DNA of 64,000 nucleotides from Octopus bimaculoides (taxonomy: Eukaryota), in the NCBI RefSeq assembly GCF_001194135.2, contig NC_068984.1, positions 26,289,954 through 26,353,953 on the forward strand. The letters run 5' to 3'. The notes under the pieces were generated by a model. That model saw only the letters and a program-made list of their open reading frames with translations. It was not told where the DNA came from and did no database searches. Made by a program: the position numbers and the translations under genes. Positions 10,539 through 22,353 of this stretch are shown piece by piece (the first letter of the stretch is position 1; each line of letters starts with the position of its first letter).

Positions 10539-11477
10539 TATATATAGATACTGTGGCAGTAGCTGGAAATAAGTTTTAATAGGAAGAGTGAGATTTTCGT
10601 CACTATACATTGTCGACTAGTTTGGTGACTGAAATAACCCTCAATAAGATCGTTACTCACAAGTGAATATTACTTGGTAGTGTATACTATGCTTTCGCTC
10701 ACTTTTTATGATGCCCATGTAGCTGCGAGAAAAGACAGATCCTCTTGATCTTCAACCTGAATCTAACGGACGATCCAGGATGTGACAGTTGGCGGGAGAA
10801 AGAGCAGCAGTAGTACTAGACTGTTGCACTGCACTAAACTCATTTTTTTTTCAGTTGAGTCTAATGTGCATATTTACAATGATATATAAGATAAATAGGT
10901 AATTTATTGAAATTACCTTCGCTTCCGCAACGAGGAGACCAATGGCTTAGTGAAGATTATACCAAATCCAAATGACTAGGGAAGATAATCTTAAAAATCA
11001 CGAATTCTCAATAATTGACATACCATTGAAGACAGTTTGATTGTCTGAAGACGAGAGGTCAGCTGTGGACATGTGTTTTTGCCTCGATTGGTGTCATCAA
11101 AACAGCAATTTTTCAACTTTACGTTCATCAGATAAAACAATTAGACATATACACAAACGAACAGAATACATTCATGGCCGAGGTAATTTACATAAAGGAA
11201 ACGAAAATGTGCTATATACACACAAACACACATATCTATGTGTATAGTGTGTATATGTATGTGTAAGTATGTTTTTCTATGTATATGTATACATACATAT
11301 ATATATATATATATTTAAATGGCGGGATACAAGTGTGTTTAACCGATATGCTCGTATGCCACATTAATATCAATGTATCTCATTTCTTTCACCTCCTTTC
11401 TCAAACAGGCATTGTGATGATGGTTAAATGCCTAAACGGGCGTCAAAGTTCCATTAGTGTTGCACTTTACATTTGTG

Positions 11478-11532
<55 letters not shown>

Positions 11533-11880
11533 GTAGTAGTAGTAGTAGTAGTAGTAGTAGCAGTAGTAATAGTAGTCTCAGTACCATGTGAGATATTCCA
11601 CTGCTACAGAGAAAAAAAAAATGTCAATACATAATATGCAACACATTCTTTCATGACAACATATTGTTTGAAATTAGAGATCACATGTTCACCAACCGAA
11701 GAAACGCTATATCAATTCTAGCTGGTATCTTTGTCAGCACTTATATAGCCGACGATAATTCTTTTACAGTGAGTCAAAAAAAAATATTTCTAGTACATAT
11801 ATCTATGAACTCATACATCGTATGGATGATTTCATGTGTATGTGTGTGTATGTATGTACTCAAGGTACATATATTTATAT

Positions 11881-11881
<1 letters not shown>

Positions 11882-11972
<91 letters not shown>
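11882..11972. repeat. (CA)n microsatellite
   Basis: About 45 CA units. Confidence 0.95.
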
Positions 11973-11974
<2 letters not shown>

Positions 11975-11975
11975 A

Positions 11976-12135
11976 GAGGCGTGGCTGTGTGGTAAGAAGC
12001 TTGCTTACCAACCACATAGTTCCAAGTTCAGTCCTACTGCGTGGCACCTTCGGCAAATGTCTTCTACTATAGCTGTGGCCAAACAAAGCCTTGTGAGTAG
12101 TTTTGGTAGATGGAAACTGAAAGGAGCCCATCGTA
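11976..12135 (+). mobile_element. SINE family A 5' half
   Basis: Head GGCGTGGCTGTGTGGTAAGAAGC, CORE-like GTGGCACCTTCGGCAAATGTC. Confidence 0.85.
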
Positions 12136-12203
12136 TTATGATTGACCGTTGACTGGACACTATTCAATTTTTTTTCTCCGTGTTTTTCTCCTTGTCTCCG
12201 TAT

Positions 12204-12240
12204 TCTTTCTGTTGAAGAGCGTAGCTCGAAACGTCAAAGA
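12204..12240 (+). ncRNA. Minimal type I hammerhead-ribozyme-like motif (A6U core variant)
   Basis: TCTTT-CTGTTGA-A-GAGC(GTA)GCTC-GAAA-CGTC-AAAGA: stem I 5 bp, stem II 4 bp, palindromic ACGT stem III, GUC triplet. Confidence 0.55.
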
Positions 12241-12301
12241 CTTTCCGTATTCCCGAGCGTCATACTAATACATCCTTTTGTTATTTACACCNNNNNNNNN
12301 N

Positions 12302-12342
<41 letters not shown>

Positions 12343-12344
12343 TA

Positions 12345-12590
12345 TGAGTGTGCGTTTGTGTGTCTTTCTGCTTGTGTTTGTCCGCTACCACCGCTTGACA
12401 ACTGTCGTTGGTGTGTTTAATCCCCCGTAACTTAGCGGTTCAACAAAGAGATCGATAGAATAAGTACCAGGCTGAAAAAATAAAAACATGAAAATGTACT
12501 GGGGTCGATTCATTAAACTAAAAATGCTTCAAAGTGGTGTCCCAGCATGGTCGCAGTCTAAAGACTGAAACATGTGAGAGATACAAGATA
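12345..12590 (+). mobile_element. SINE family A 3' half, diverged
   Basis: CCGCTTGACAAC, CCCCGTAACTTAGCGGTTC, CCAGCATGGTCGCAGTC motifs. Confidence 0.8.
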
Positions 12591-12780
12591 ATATTTACAT
12601 TTGACGGATATTTGATAATGGATCAACTGAGGTTAAAAAACATGTTAATTGTATACTGATTTAATTAAATTGAACTAATTTAAGTTGTCGAGATACCGGT
12701 ATTACCTTATATAGGCTGAGTATGAAATAATAGGGGAACAAAGATTAGATTTATTTAAGACAACTATAAAATAATAAAGT

Positions 12781-13035
12781 GGAGGCGCGTGGCTTAGTGG
12801 TTAAGGTGTCAGCATCATGGTCGTAATATTGTGGTTTCGGTTCCTGAACCGGGCGACACGTTGTGTTCTTGAGCAAAACACTTCATTTCGCGTTGCTCCA
12901 GTCCACTCAGCTGGCAAAAATGAGTAACGCTGCGATGGACTGGCGTCCCGTCCAGCTGGGGAACACATACGCCATTGAAACCGGGAAACCGGGCCCATGA
13001 GCCTGGCTAGGCTTTAAAAAGGCGCATTTATTATT
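12781..13035 (+). mobile_element. SINE family C (tRNA head, CORE-like and V-like domains), full length
   Basis: A box GGCTTAGTGGTTAAGG, B box GGTTTCGGTTCC, TTCTTGAGCAAAACACTT, and CTGCGATGGACTGGCGTCCCGTCCAG resembling the V-SINE domain (from recall). Confidence 0.85.
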
Positions 13036-13074
13036 TTTTTATATAATAATAATAGTAATAATAACAATAACAAT

Positions 13075-13125
<51 letters not shown>

Positions 13126-13619
13126 GCATACATATTTGTATACATATATATACATATATATGCACGTACGTGCGAATGTATGTATACATGTATGTGCATT
13201 TACAGTGTGATTCAATTAATCTCTTTTAGTGTAACTAGTTACACTGGGAAAAGATGTATATACCGGGAAAAGATGTATTTTTTAAATATTAAACAGTTAA
13301 TGCTATCGGATATAGTACAGAATTTTAAATGTCCACTATGAATCGGCATTATTTTTTGAAAGCAAAATGGAAATGTCAAGGGTGGTGTTGTGGTTCAAAT
13401 TTCCATCACTCCTTTGACCTTTTGCTTTGAAAACCCAATGTCCGTGACAGCAGTTCTGTAGACTAAATCAAAAAGATAACATTATGCGAAAAAAAACTTT
13501 TAGCTGGCCAAATGGTCAACCCATCACTATCCTACAAACATTTTGAAAATTTTGCATCGAAAAATCGCTATACATTGACACACACATTTAAAAGCATACC
13601 GTGGTGTTGTAGAATGTCC

Positions 13620-13803
13620 TTTATTATATTAGTTTCAAGTTTTGGCGCAAGGCCAGCAACTTTGGGGTGGGGTGGGCGTTATATCGATTACATCGACCCA
13701 TTGTTCAACTGGTACTTATTTTATAGACACCGAAAGAATGAAAGGAAAAGCGGTAAATGCCGCTTAACATTTTGCCCGGCGCTGTAACGATTCTGCCAGC
13801 TCG
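13620..13803 (-). mobile_element. SINE family D, diverged copy
   Basis: TCGATTACATCGACCC, ACTGGTACTTATTT, TTCTGCCAGCTCG motifs. Confidence 0.7.
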
Positions 13804-13923
13804 CTTCCTTTGTTATAACTGTCATAAAAAAAAGACAAAACAAAACAAAAGAAGTAGCAACTAAAAAAGATGTTATATTGTGTTGTCTACTCAAGCAGCC
13901 ATTTTCAGAGATTGAGAATAAAA

Positions 13924-14317
13924 TTGTTGTTGTTGTTGCTGGCACTCCGTCGCTTACGACGTCGAGGGTTCCAGTTGATCCGATCAACGGAACAGCCTGT
14001 TCGTGAAATTAACGTGCAAGTGGCTGTGCACTCCACAGACGCGTGTACCCTTAACGTAGTTCGCGGGGATATTCAGTGTGACACAGTGTGACAAGGCTGA
14101 CCCTTTGAATTACAGGCACAACAGAAACAGGAACTAAGAGTGAGAGAAAGTTGTGGTGAAAGAGTACAGCAGGGTTCGCCACCATCCCCTGCCGGAGCCT
14201 TGTGGAGCTTTAGTTGTTTTCGCTCAATAAACACTCACAACGCCCGGTCTGGGAATCGAAGCCGCGACCCTATGACCGCGAGTCCGCTGCCCTAACCACT
14301 AGACCATTGCGCCTCCA
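13924..14317 (-). mobile_element. SINE family B, full length with (CAA)n tail
   Basis: Minus-strand tRNA head GGAGGCGCAATGGTCTAGTGGTTAGGGCAGCGGACTCGCGG...TTCGATTCCC; near-identical to 41648-42044. Confidence 0.95.
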
Positions 14318-14460
14318 CTGAGAATAAAATTGATCAACGGTTAAACGGTTTTTTTTTAACCGCATGTTCCACAAGTAAACCTGTTGACGGTGCTTTCAAC
14401 ACGAAACGTAGCTTCACCATTGAATACAATCTTCCTACCTTAATCTGTATCGTTGGTTTT

Positions 14461-14699
14461 TGTACTCTTTCACCACAACTTTCTCTCACTCTTTCTTTCT
14501 TCCTGTTTCTGTTGTACCTGTATTTCAAAGGGTCAGCCTTGTCACACTGTGGCACGCTGAATATCCCCGAAAACTACGTTAAGGGTACACGTGTCTGTGG
14601 AGTGCTCAGCCACTTGCACGTTAATTTCACGAGCAGGCTGTTCCGTTGATCGGATCAACTGGAACCCTCGACGTCGTAGGCGACGGAGTGCCAACAACA
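14461..14699 (+). mobile_element. SINE family B, 5'-truncated
   Basis: Reverse complement of 13934-14168 with few substitutions; ends GTGCCAACAACA. Confidence 0.95.
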
Positions 14700-15118
14700 T
14701 ATTTTTCATACAGGCTTGGACAGTTATCGTCACATAATTTTAAAATCAATCATAAAATCATTCCATGCGACTAGATTTTTAGACACTTTTGACAGGAGCT
14801 GCAGGAATTACGGAGCTTCTTTGAAGCCTGCTACATTGAACTGTGTAAAGGTATTAGATGGTTGTTTTTCACTGAGTCTGTCGGGCTTCAAGGCATAGTC
14901 AGGTCTTCAACAAAACTCTTTACCATTAAATCGCTTGCAACTTTTGCAAGTTGTGACATGGCTGTGCGACTTCCGACTTATTTCTTGTTTCCACGTTATT
15001 TGGGCTTGAACGATTAATTTTATTAGAGCTCTTAATGTTCTTTCACATTTGATAATGACATTTTTCCTAAAAGATATAGACCTATGTATATAATCTCTCT
15101 CCCCCTCTCTCTCTCCTC

Positions 15119-15181
<63 letters not shown>

Positions 15182-15185
15182 AACA

Positions 15186-15402
15186 CAGGAGGGGATGCTG
15201 AAAAGTTCCTGGCTTTGGGTAAAAGAAAATAGTGGAGGATCAATTATGATTTTATTCAACATATTCTTCTCTCAAATTCACACACTTATTGTAGCGGTCC
15301 TTCAGTTTTTCTAAGCCCTACAAAAGAATTCGGGAGGTTGGGCCTCCAGCAAGACCTTTTGCGATACCTTTAAAGCCAAGAACTTTCAGCATTCCCTCAT
15401 GT
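15186..15402. mobile_element. Mariner-type MITE, copy 1
   Basis: TIR GAGGGGATGCTGAAAAGTTCCTGGCTTT vs AAAGCCAAGAACTTTCAGCATTCCCTC; internal sequence shared with 49675-49892. Confidence 0.8.
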
Positions 15403-15450
15403 TTATATATATATATCTGTAAAAATATATGACAATTATTCGGTAGCCAT

Positions 15451-15511
15451 GATAAAACTCCGAGTTTCGGATGCCGAGGCGGAAACACACGCCGCCATCT
15501 CTTCAGTTATC
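15451..15511 (-). ncRNA. Type I hammerhead-ribozyme-like motif with intact core
   Basis: Minus strand GATAA-CTGAAGA-[GATG GCGG...CCGC...CATC]C-GAAA-CT(CGG)AG-TT-TTATC: stem I 5 bp, stem III 3 bp, GUU triplet, all core nucleotides present. Confidence 0.7.
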
Positions 15512-15591
15512 TGGCCATTGAAAATTCATCTATTTACATAATATCGAGGTTTCTTTCTTTCTTTTGTTGTCTTTTTTATCAATATATATAT

Positions 15592-15722
15592 ACTCTTTTT
15601 TTGTTTCAGTCATTTGGACTGCGGTCATGCTGCAGCACCAGCTTCAGTCGAACAAATCGACCCCAGAACTTATTCTTTGTAAGCCCAGTACTTATTCTAT
15701 CAGTCTCTTTTGCCGAAGCGGA
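15592..15722 (-). mobile_element. SINE family A 3' fragment
   Basis: TTGTTTCAGTCATTTG...GTACTTATTCTATC...TTTTGCCGAA. Confidence 0.75.
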
Positions 15723-16515
15723 ACAGCCACTCCTATTTTGTTGACGTTATAAGAATTTCTAAACTTTTGAGAGAACGTGGCATAATTCTCTTTTTGAATT
15801 GGTTCTCGAAGTACATATAAAGCTATAAATAATAGCATGTAGACGTTAGGTTGAAAACTATATAGAACAATATATGTAATAATGTGATCGTCTAAAACTC
15901 TCGAATGATGTGCCCCAGTATGGCCGCAATCAAATGCTTGTAACCAGTAAAAGTAGTTAGAATGAACATAAAAAAGTGAAAAGAAAAATAATACTCGTAA
16001 ATGTCAACAAAAATTGACACAGATTCCCGTGTCTATGCATTCTCTTATTAGAACCAATTTAAAGGTATTTATAAATGTCTATATCAACAAACACGAAATC
16101 TTCCGGAAACAAAACCACATTAAACCTTCTTAGTATTCAAGTTGTGCTCTATGGATCTGTGATTGTAATTGATTTCATGTTAGTCACGCTTGACTGGCAT
16201 GACCTTGTAGAGGAAGCTGCGTTGACACAGCGTTCTTCTCTCTAAGCCCATCAGCTGGACAAACAATGTACTATTTCACATCCGCTCACTTGGACGGCAG
16301 GCAAGCTTAGCAGATGATTTAAATGTGTCTTCTTTAAAAAAAGCTAGGCTAATAGCAGATAACAAAGCTGTTTTGCGCCTTTGTAATAAGAACCATTGTT
16401 TTTAAAATTTTCCACAAAGATGGATAAGTTTCAAAACGTCAGACTTCTCCTCTTCCTTATGGTATAAAAATATATTCCATTGTTTGAATATAATGTTTAT
16501 ATTACTTTATATTAC

Positions 16516-16611
16516 GGACACGTGTCTGTGAAGCGCTCGGCCACTTGCACATTAATTTCACGAGCAAGCTGTTCCGTTGATCGTATCAGTGAGGACCCTC
16601 GTCGTCGTAAG
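16516..16611 (+). mobile_element. SINE family B 3' fragment
   Basis: ACACGTGTCTGTG...GCCACTTGCAC...GCTGTTCCGTTGATCG matches 14586-14680. Confidence 0.8.
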
Positions 16612-18855
16612 AAAAAGTAATAGCTTGATAAATTGAAGGTTGATCTTTAAGCGAAGAACGCATTTCTTTTTATGGTATTTGAGGTTATGCTAATAATATG
16701 CCTAAAATTGCTAAGTTATTAGATGTTGTGGATCCCACTTCAAGGAACCACAAAAAATTTGGAGTCCCTGGGAAACCCGAAGGAGCAAGTTGCAAAAATC
16801 AAAGAAAACCTTGAACTTGAAAGTGATTTAAATGTTTTCATGACAATGTAGGAATAATGATATAAAAAAAAAAAGAAGACACAGCATTCTTTTTAAATAT
16901 CTTCCTGCTGCAGGAATAATAAAGAAATCAAAATTAAATTATGAACTGCTCAAACAGAAATTTAACTACCCAACCACGCATTTTGACTAGGAATTTGTTG
17001 AGGAAACCATCAAGTTTCTGAAAGATGCTACCACATATCTAGTCGTGATTGAGAAATCACGAATCTGCTTTAGATACGGGAGTTCGTATATTTCAAATGA
17101 CAACCTTTTAGAAATTATTTCAAAATATTAAGTAATAATAGAGTACGTTAAAATGTTTAAGTTCTTTAGATATTAAATGAACAAAAAGTGACAGTAATGA
17201 TATTTATGTTTACACGTACAGAATCCGTGGTCAAAACGACTACATTCAAAAATAAATAAAAAAGAGGCTCTTAAAATTGTTGCAGCTCCCTTCTGTAGAT
17301 ATGCACATAAATAAATATATAGAAATGATATACAATGCTTTCCATTAACATATCTATTTTCATTGGGGAAGTCATATGTGTGTAAACCATAGTAGCTCAG
17401 CCGTTGAGATTGAGTATTATCGGGCTGAATTCGTCTTTCTTAAGAGTTTTCAGGGATCGTTTATCTCACATCTTAATTAAAAGAAAAACAAAACTGCATT
17501 AGCTCAAAGGGGCGGTAAACGATCACTGATGAGTCTTTAAAAGACGGAACAACTTTTGATAACTTCTTCATACGAGACAATTTTAGTTCTAAACACCTAC
17601 CGATCCTATGCATTGTACCAGTGTGTGTATTCTTTACATATCTGGAATGGAATAGCTATTTCACCCCTGAACATATTAGGCAGACCCCAAAGTTGAAAAG
17701 CCAGCCAGCCAATCCGTTATATTGAAAGGTTTTCTAAGCATTTAACACGCGCTATCACAATGGCACACGGCTTCCTCTATATTTCTTGTACCATTACTAC
17801 CACGTTAATTACTCCTGTAAACTAACAAATCATGCCTCATCAAATGAAGACTCAGCGTGGTTGTTCCACTACCAAATATCACTCTACTCTCTTAAAAAAG
17901 AAATGGCATATTGGATAATGCAGTCGTAGCCAGGCTGGAACGCCATTATTCATAGATTTACTTGACTAGGATTTACCTAGGAGATAAACATCAGCCCCCC
18001 CCCCACTTACTCACGTCTTCTCTTTTCATCTTTACAATGTTACTTGATCTCCTACAACAGTGCGCAAAACACTTAGCTAGAAATTCATCCTCTAAGCTTC
18101 AACACACTGGACTTTGTCTGCCTATGCGTAACCTACATTCATCACAATTAAACTGTAATCAGATTGGATAGCACGCCATTTACCACCAGCATTATAAATC
18201 CACTAAGAAGATAAATTTCCAATGAAATCAAGCTTCGCTGGGAGAATCTTAGGTTAAATCGACAAAAGAAGTGAATACAACGAAATAAAACTGCTGGCAA
18301 CCCAACCTAAGGGTATTTTATCTTTTTTGGCTTCAACACAACCCAGTACTGTTTGAATGAATGCTAAAACTCTCCACTCAAACGCTTCTTTCATAATTAT
18401 CTCCCTTTACTGATGACACTAGTTTTACCACATTTACTCCTGCCTATCTCTTAAACTTCATCTTACTTTTATCTCCATACTCACCTCCACATCAATTCCC
18501 TTATATATCTTAAAAAAGAAACCCTATTTGTGCTAATTTTATGCCTATAATTGACAGTGTCCTACCCCAAAATATACGGCGCTATGTCAATATTAGACAA
18601 CAATTAATTTGTGAATATTCAACGAGAATCTATAACAAGTGGACACTTTCTTTTTTAGGTACTCAACTTGATGTTATGTGTTCCTGTTTCTTCTTTTAGG
18701 CATCATATTTCTTTAAACTGGTTAAAGACAGGTAGACAAAAACACCATGAGTCATTTTACAACCTGTACTTTTGTTATATGTTCGCTTCTTTCTCTCGCG
18801 TTCTCTCTCTCTCTCTCTCTTTCCATCTCCATCTCTCTCTTTCTCTTTCTCCATA

Positions 18856-18936
<81 letters not shown>

Positions 18937-19059
18937 GGGGAGATAGATAGATAGATATATATATATATATACATACATACATACATACATACANNNNNNN
19001 NNNNNNNNNNNNNNNNNNNNNNNNNNNNNNNNNNNNNNNNNNNNNNNNNNNNNNNNNNN

Positions 19060-19091
<32 letters not shown>

Positions 19092-20546
19092 TGGGCATGT
19101 ACATGAGTGTATGTCTCTATGTCGAATTGATAGTGATAGCGATATGAAACCTCATTAAGGCGGGTTGATGTTACCTGATTACTTCCTTCTGGCATCTCCT
19201 GCAGCCAACATGGTGCCAGACACCTCATCTCTGTTTAAAGATTACACCACAGAATCATAGTGATGCGTATTATGACACCTAGACAATCACCAGAATGAAT
19301 ACATTCTTGCAACTTTGACGAACTCTCTAAGCATATTTGCACATATGCATACATATATAGATTAAGTATAATTGATAGATTAGTAGCTTTTAGTTATATT
19401 ATTTACATATGTGAAAGTTGCTATAGAGCATGTCGATAAGTTGTTATGTTATGTTTGTGAGTTTCTAACCGAGTACATTTATTTGCAAATAGGTATCATG
19501 TGGAGGTATGGTTCACCGATATTAACAGTGGAAACTTATTACAATTGATTGATTACTTTAACACAAACCATTTTTTAATGAGATGATTTGTATAGTCGAT
19601 TAAAAATCATCTAATATTTTACTATTTTTTATTTTACAACTCTGGATAAAAGGAAGTAAATAAAAGACAAAGATTTGAACTGCTTTCAGAGAATACAATA
19701 TTGCATACGATATTGACATGGCTGGTGTTCCATAGTGTCACCAATTCAGTATAAAAGAACATTAAAACTGTGAATAAATGAAACTATTCATTTCAATAAT
19801 AACAAAGATTAATGCAATAAACATTGAAGTTATCTCGTAAAAGATATCATCCACATCGTATGGAGTTCATCAATCAGTTAAAAAAAATATTCTGAACACC
19901 ACTAAGTAGCCGATTCCACAATTGCTTTGGCGAAAAGGCATTTCAATCTCAGTATCATCTGGAAATGTTATATAAGAAGGAAAACATGGAAATAAAATCG
20001 ATGATTCTGGGCATAGTGTAGAATCCGAAAAAAATAATAGGCTCTGGCTTACTGACACCACGCAACCAAATTTTGAAATCAGAAAGTTTTGTAACTTGTG
20101 AAGACCACTTTGCCTTTGAAAATCACGCGAAATGCACGTGTTGTTTATTTGTAAAATTACCTTCTGAAGATTCAACAGCGTCTGTTTTAATACCCGATTT
20201 GACGTTAATAATCTTGCAAAACAAATAAAAATAATAATAAATCAGAAAATTCTGTTTGACGCATCTCCCACAAGCAACTGAATCTACTGATTTCCACTTG
20301 GTGTTATGCTATTTACGAAAAGTATTGGTATTGGCCAGTAACTTGTTCATTTATCTATATGCTCCCCAAATTTAATATTACTGAGCCACGATAACATACA
20401 GACACTATGAACTAGAAGGTATGGAATAGACATATATATATTTCCAACGCATTCACACTCCAAGATGTATGTATGTATGTATGTATGTATGTATGTATGT
20501 ATGTATGTATGTATGTATGTATTTATGTATGTATGTATGTATGTAT

Positions 20547-20940
20547 GCGTCAAGTCCTCAGTAAAGGCCTGTGATATGCAAGACACTGACTGGGAGAACA
20601 ATGCCTGTCATCGCCACAGATGGAGGAAGCAGGTTAAGGAGGGGGTCGACACTTTTGAGAGAGCACGTATCCAGCATGAAGAACTTAAGCNNNNNNNNNN
20701 TTTTGAGAGAGCACGTATCCAGCATGAAGAACTTAAGCGAGCTGCGCGAAAGCGCACGGCTCATATAGTGAATGGGGAAAGCTTGGTCTGCAATGTTTGC
20801 AGTCGTGTATGCTTGTCAAGAGCAGAGCTATTTAGCCACCAGCGGAGCCGCAAATGCAAAATATAACTTAGTCTTAGAGCGCCTAATGTTCCTGAAGGTC
20901 GGCAATGGTCTTCCTCGGTCACGAGTGGACGGCCACCATC
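20547..20940 (+). mobile_element. RTE-clade LINE 3' end
   Basis: KSSVKACDMQDTDWENNACHRHRWRKQVKEG...CNVCSRVCLSRAELFSHQR fits the RTE C-terminal W-x-R-W and C-x2-C...SH motifs; flanked by (ATGT)n. Confidence 0.85.
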
Positions 20941-21069
20941 ATGTATGTATGTATATGTGCGTGCATATGTTATTTGCTCTTTATAATTTAGAGTTAATTT
21001 TGACCACCCACCTGTTTGGTAGCAAGGTTGTGAAGGAAAGCATTTTGTTTTGGTTATCATCCTTTAAAA

Positions 21070-21575
21070 CTTAAGAAGGTCCTGCAGATTTATATAATCC
21101 CAGATATCGTGGTCATTTGATTTCAACAACAGAGCATATCTTTTCTTTTGGGTCCCATAATAATACCTGACCGGTGGTGTTTTAACTTGATAGATGTTTC
21201 GATTTTTAAGTTTCACCAATATTCTTTGGAAATATTGGTCTCGATTTAGTCTGCATCATCTGTTTGTATTTTTCTTTTGTTATCCTCTTCCAGACTATTC
21301 TGGTCATCGTATCATACCTCATGGGTGGAAGACAATCTTTCTCAGTTGGCAATAATGTGTTTGGTGTCTTCAGTTTTGGTTTTTCACAGCCTACATTTGT
21401 TTTCCGTCAATGTTGTATGCCTTTTATGCTGTAAGTACTTGGTGGGGATTTCTTGTTCTTAATTACATGGAGATAGCCTTCGAGGTGGAATGTCATAAAC
21501 TTGTCGGTACTCTATGGCAAGCTTTTGCTATGATCAATTCCTTTTATGTTTTTTTGTTCGTGCCAATTACCTATG
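21070..21575 (-). mobile_element. Old decayed RLE non-LTR fragment (CCHC knuckle plus RLE start)
   Basis: Minus strand HLEGYL / QEIPTKYLQHKR...NKCRL*KTKTEDTKHIIAN* / MRYD..RIVW / NLKIETSIKLKHHRSGII: decayed C-x2-C-x7-H-x4-C knuckle (two Cys codons now TGA) preceding an RPD-like motif. Confidence 0.65.
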
Positions 21576-22279
21576 TACTATCTTTTCAGTGAACTGAATT
21601 ATTTTTAAATTTTGTTCTTTTGATGAATGGAATTTACCGGTACTCTTTGAGGAGAGATCCCTATCAGCTCTTACATCATGCTTCTCTGTGCAAAATATGG
21701 TACAGGAAGTAGACGAAGGAACATACGAATAACAAGAAAACACTTACAAAGGACATTGACACGTACACCCCTCATCAGTTATCAACCAAAAATCATCACC
21801 CTTTCGATACCTTATTGATAATATTGCTCAATTTGGTGGTGTTGAATGCAAAAAGCGGCTGGGATATAAATGAGCGAACATGGAGGACAGAATAAGATAA
21901 ATACAAAAAAGATAGGGTCTTTAGACAAGACAGTAAAAAAGAAAAGTTGAGGAGAACGGGAAAATATATAAGGCGAAAAGGCACAGATAGTAATGTAAAA
22001 AAATACGAATCATAAACGACACAAGTGTTTGTATACATAGAAGGCTTTTCGGTAATTAAGAAAAGATGTGTTATATTAACTCTAATAGGAAAGAACGTAG
22101 TCCTTCTGGACTTGATTAAATATATGTAGAAAAAGAAGATAAAACGTCAACAAACCACCAACTGAAAATAAACTTAAAATTTTAAACAGGAGCAGAAAAA
22201 AAGTCAACTGACCAAGCGAATGGTCATGCCAAAAAGGACGGGTAGTTTAAGAAACAGGATGGTCTCGTGGTATCTATTA

Positions 22280-22353
<74 letters not shown>

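Noticed and set aside
11024-11115. Extra minus-strand exon upstream of 10975 (GTATGT donor)
   Set aside because: Would require a 48-nt intron and has a poor acceptor.
12781-12855. Apparent tRNA gene (also 2980, 14245-14317, 41970-42044, 42099)
   Set aside because: A/B boxes run straight into SINE bodies and do not give a complete cloverleaf; these are SINE heads.
20653-20738. 38-bp direct repeat in the RTE fragment
   Set aside because: Exact copies flank a 10-N gap: unmerged contig overlap, not biology.
21294-21430. Plus-strand exon with strong acceptor and GTAAGT donor
   Set aside because: The opposite strand is a decayed RLE retrotransposon (CCHC region), which explains the sequence; exonisation cannot be excluded without RNA-seq.
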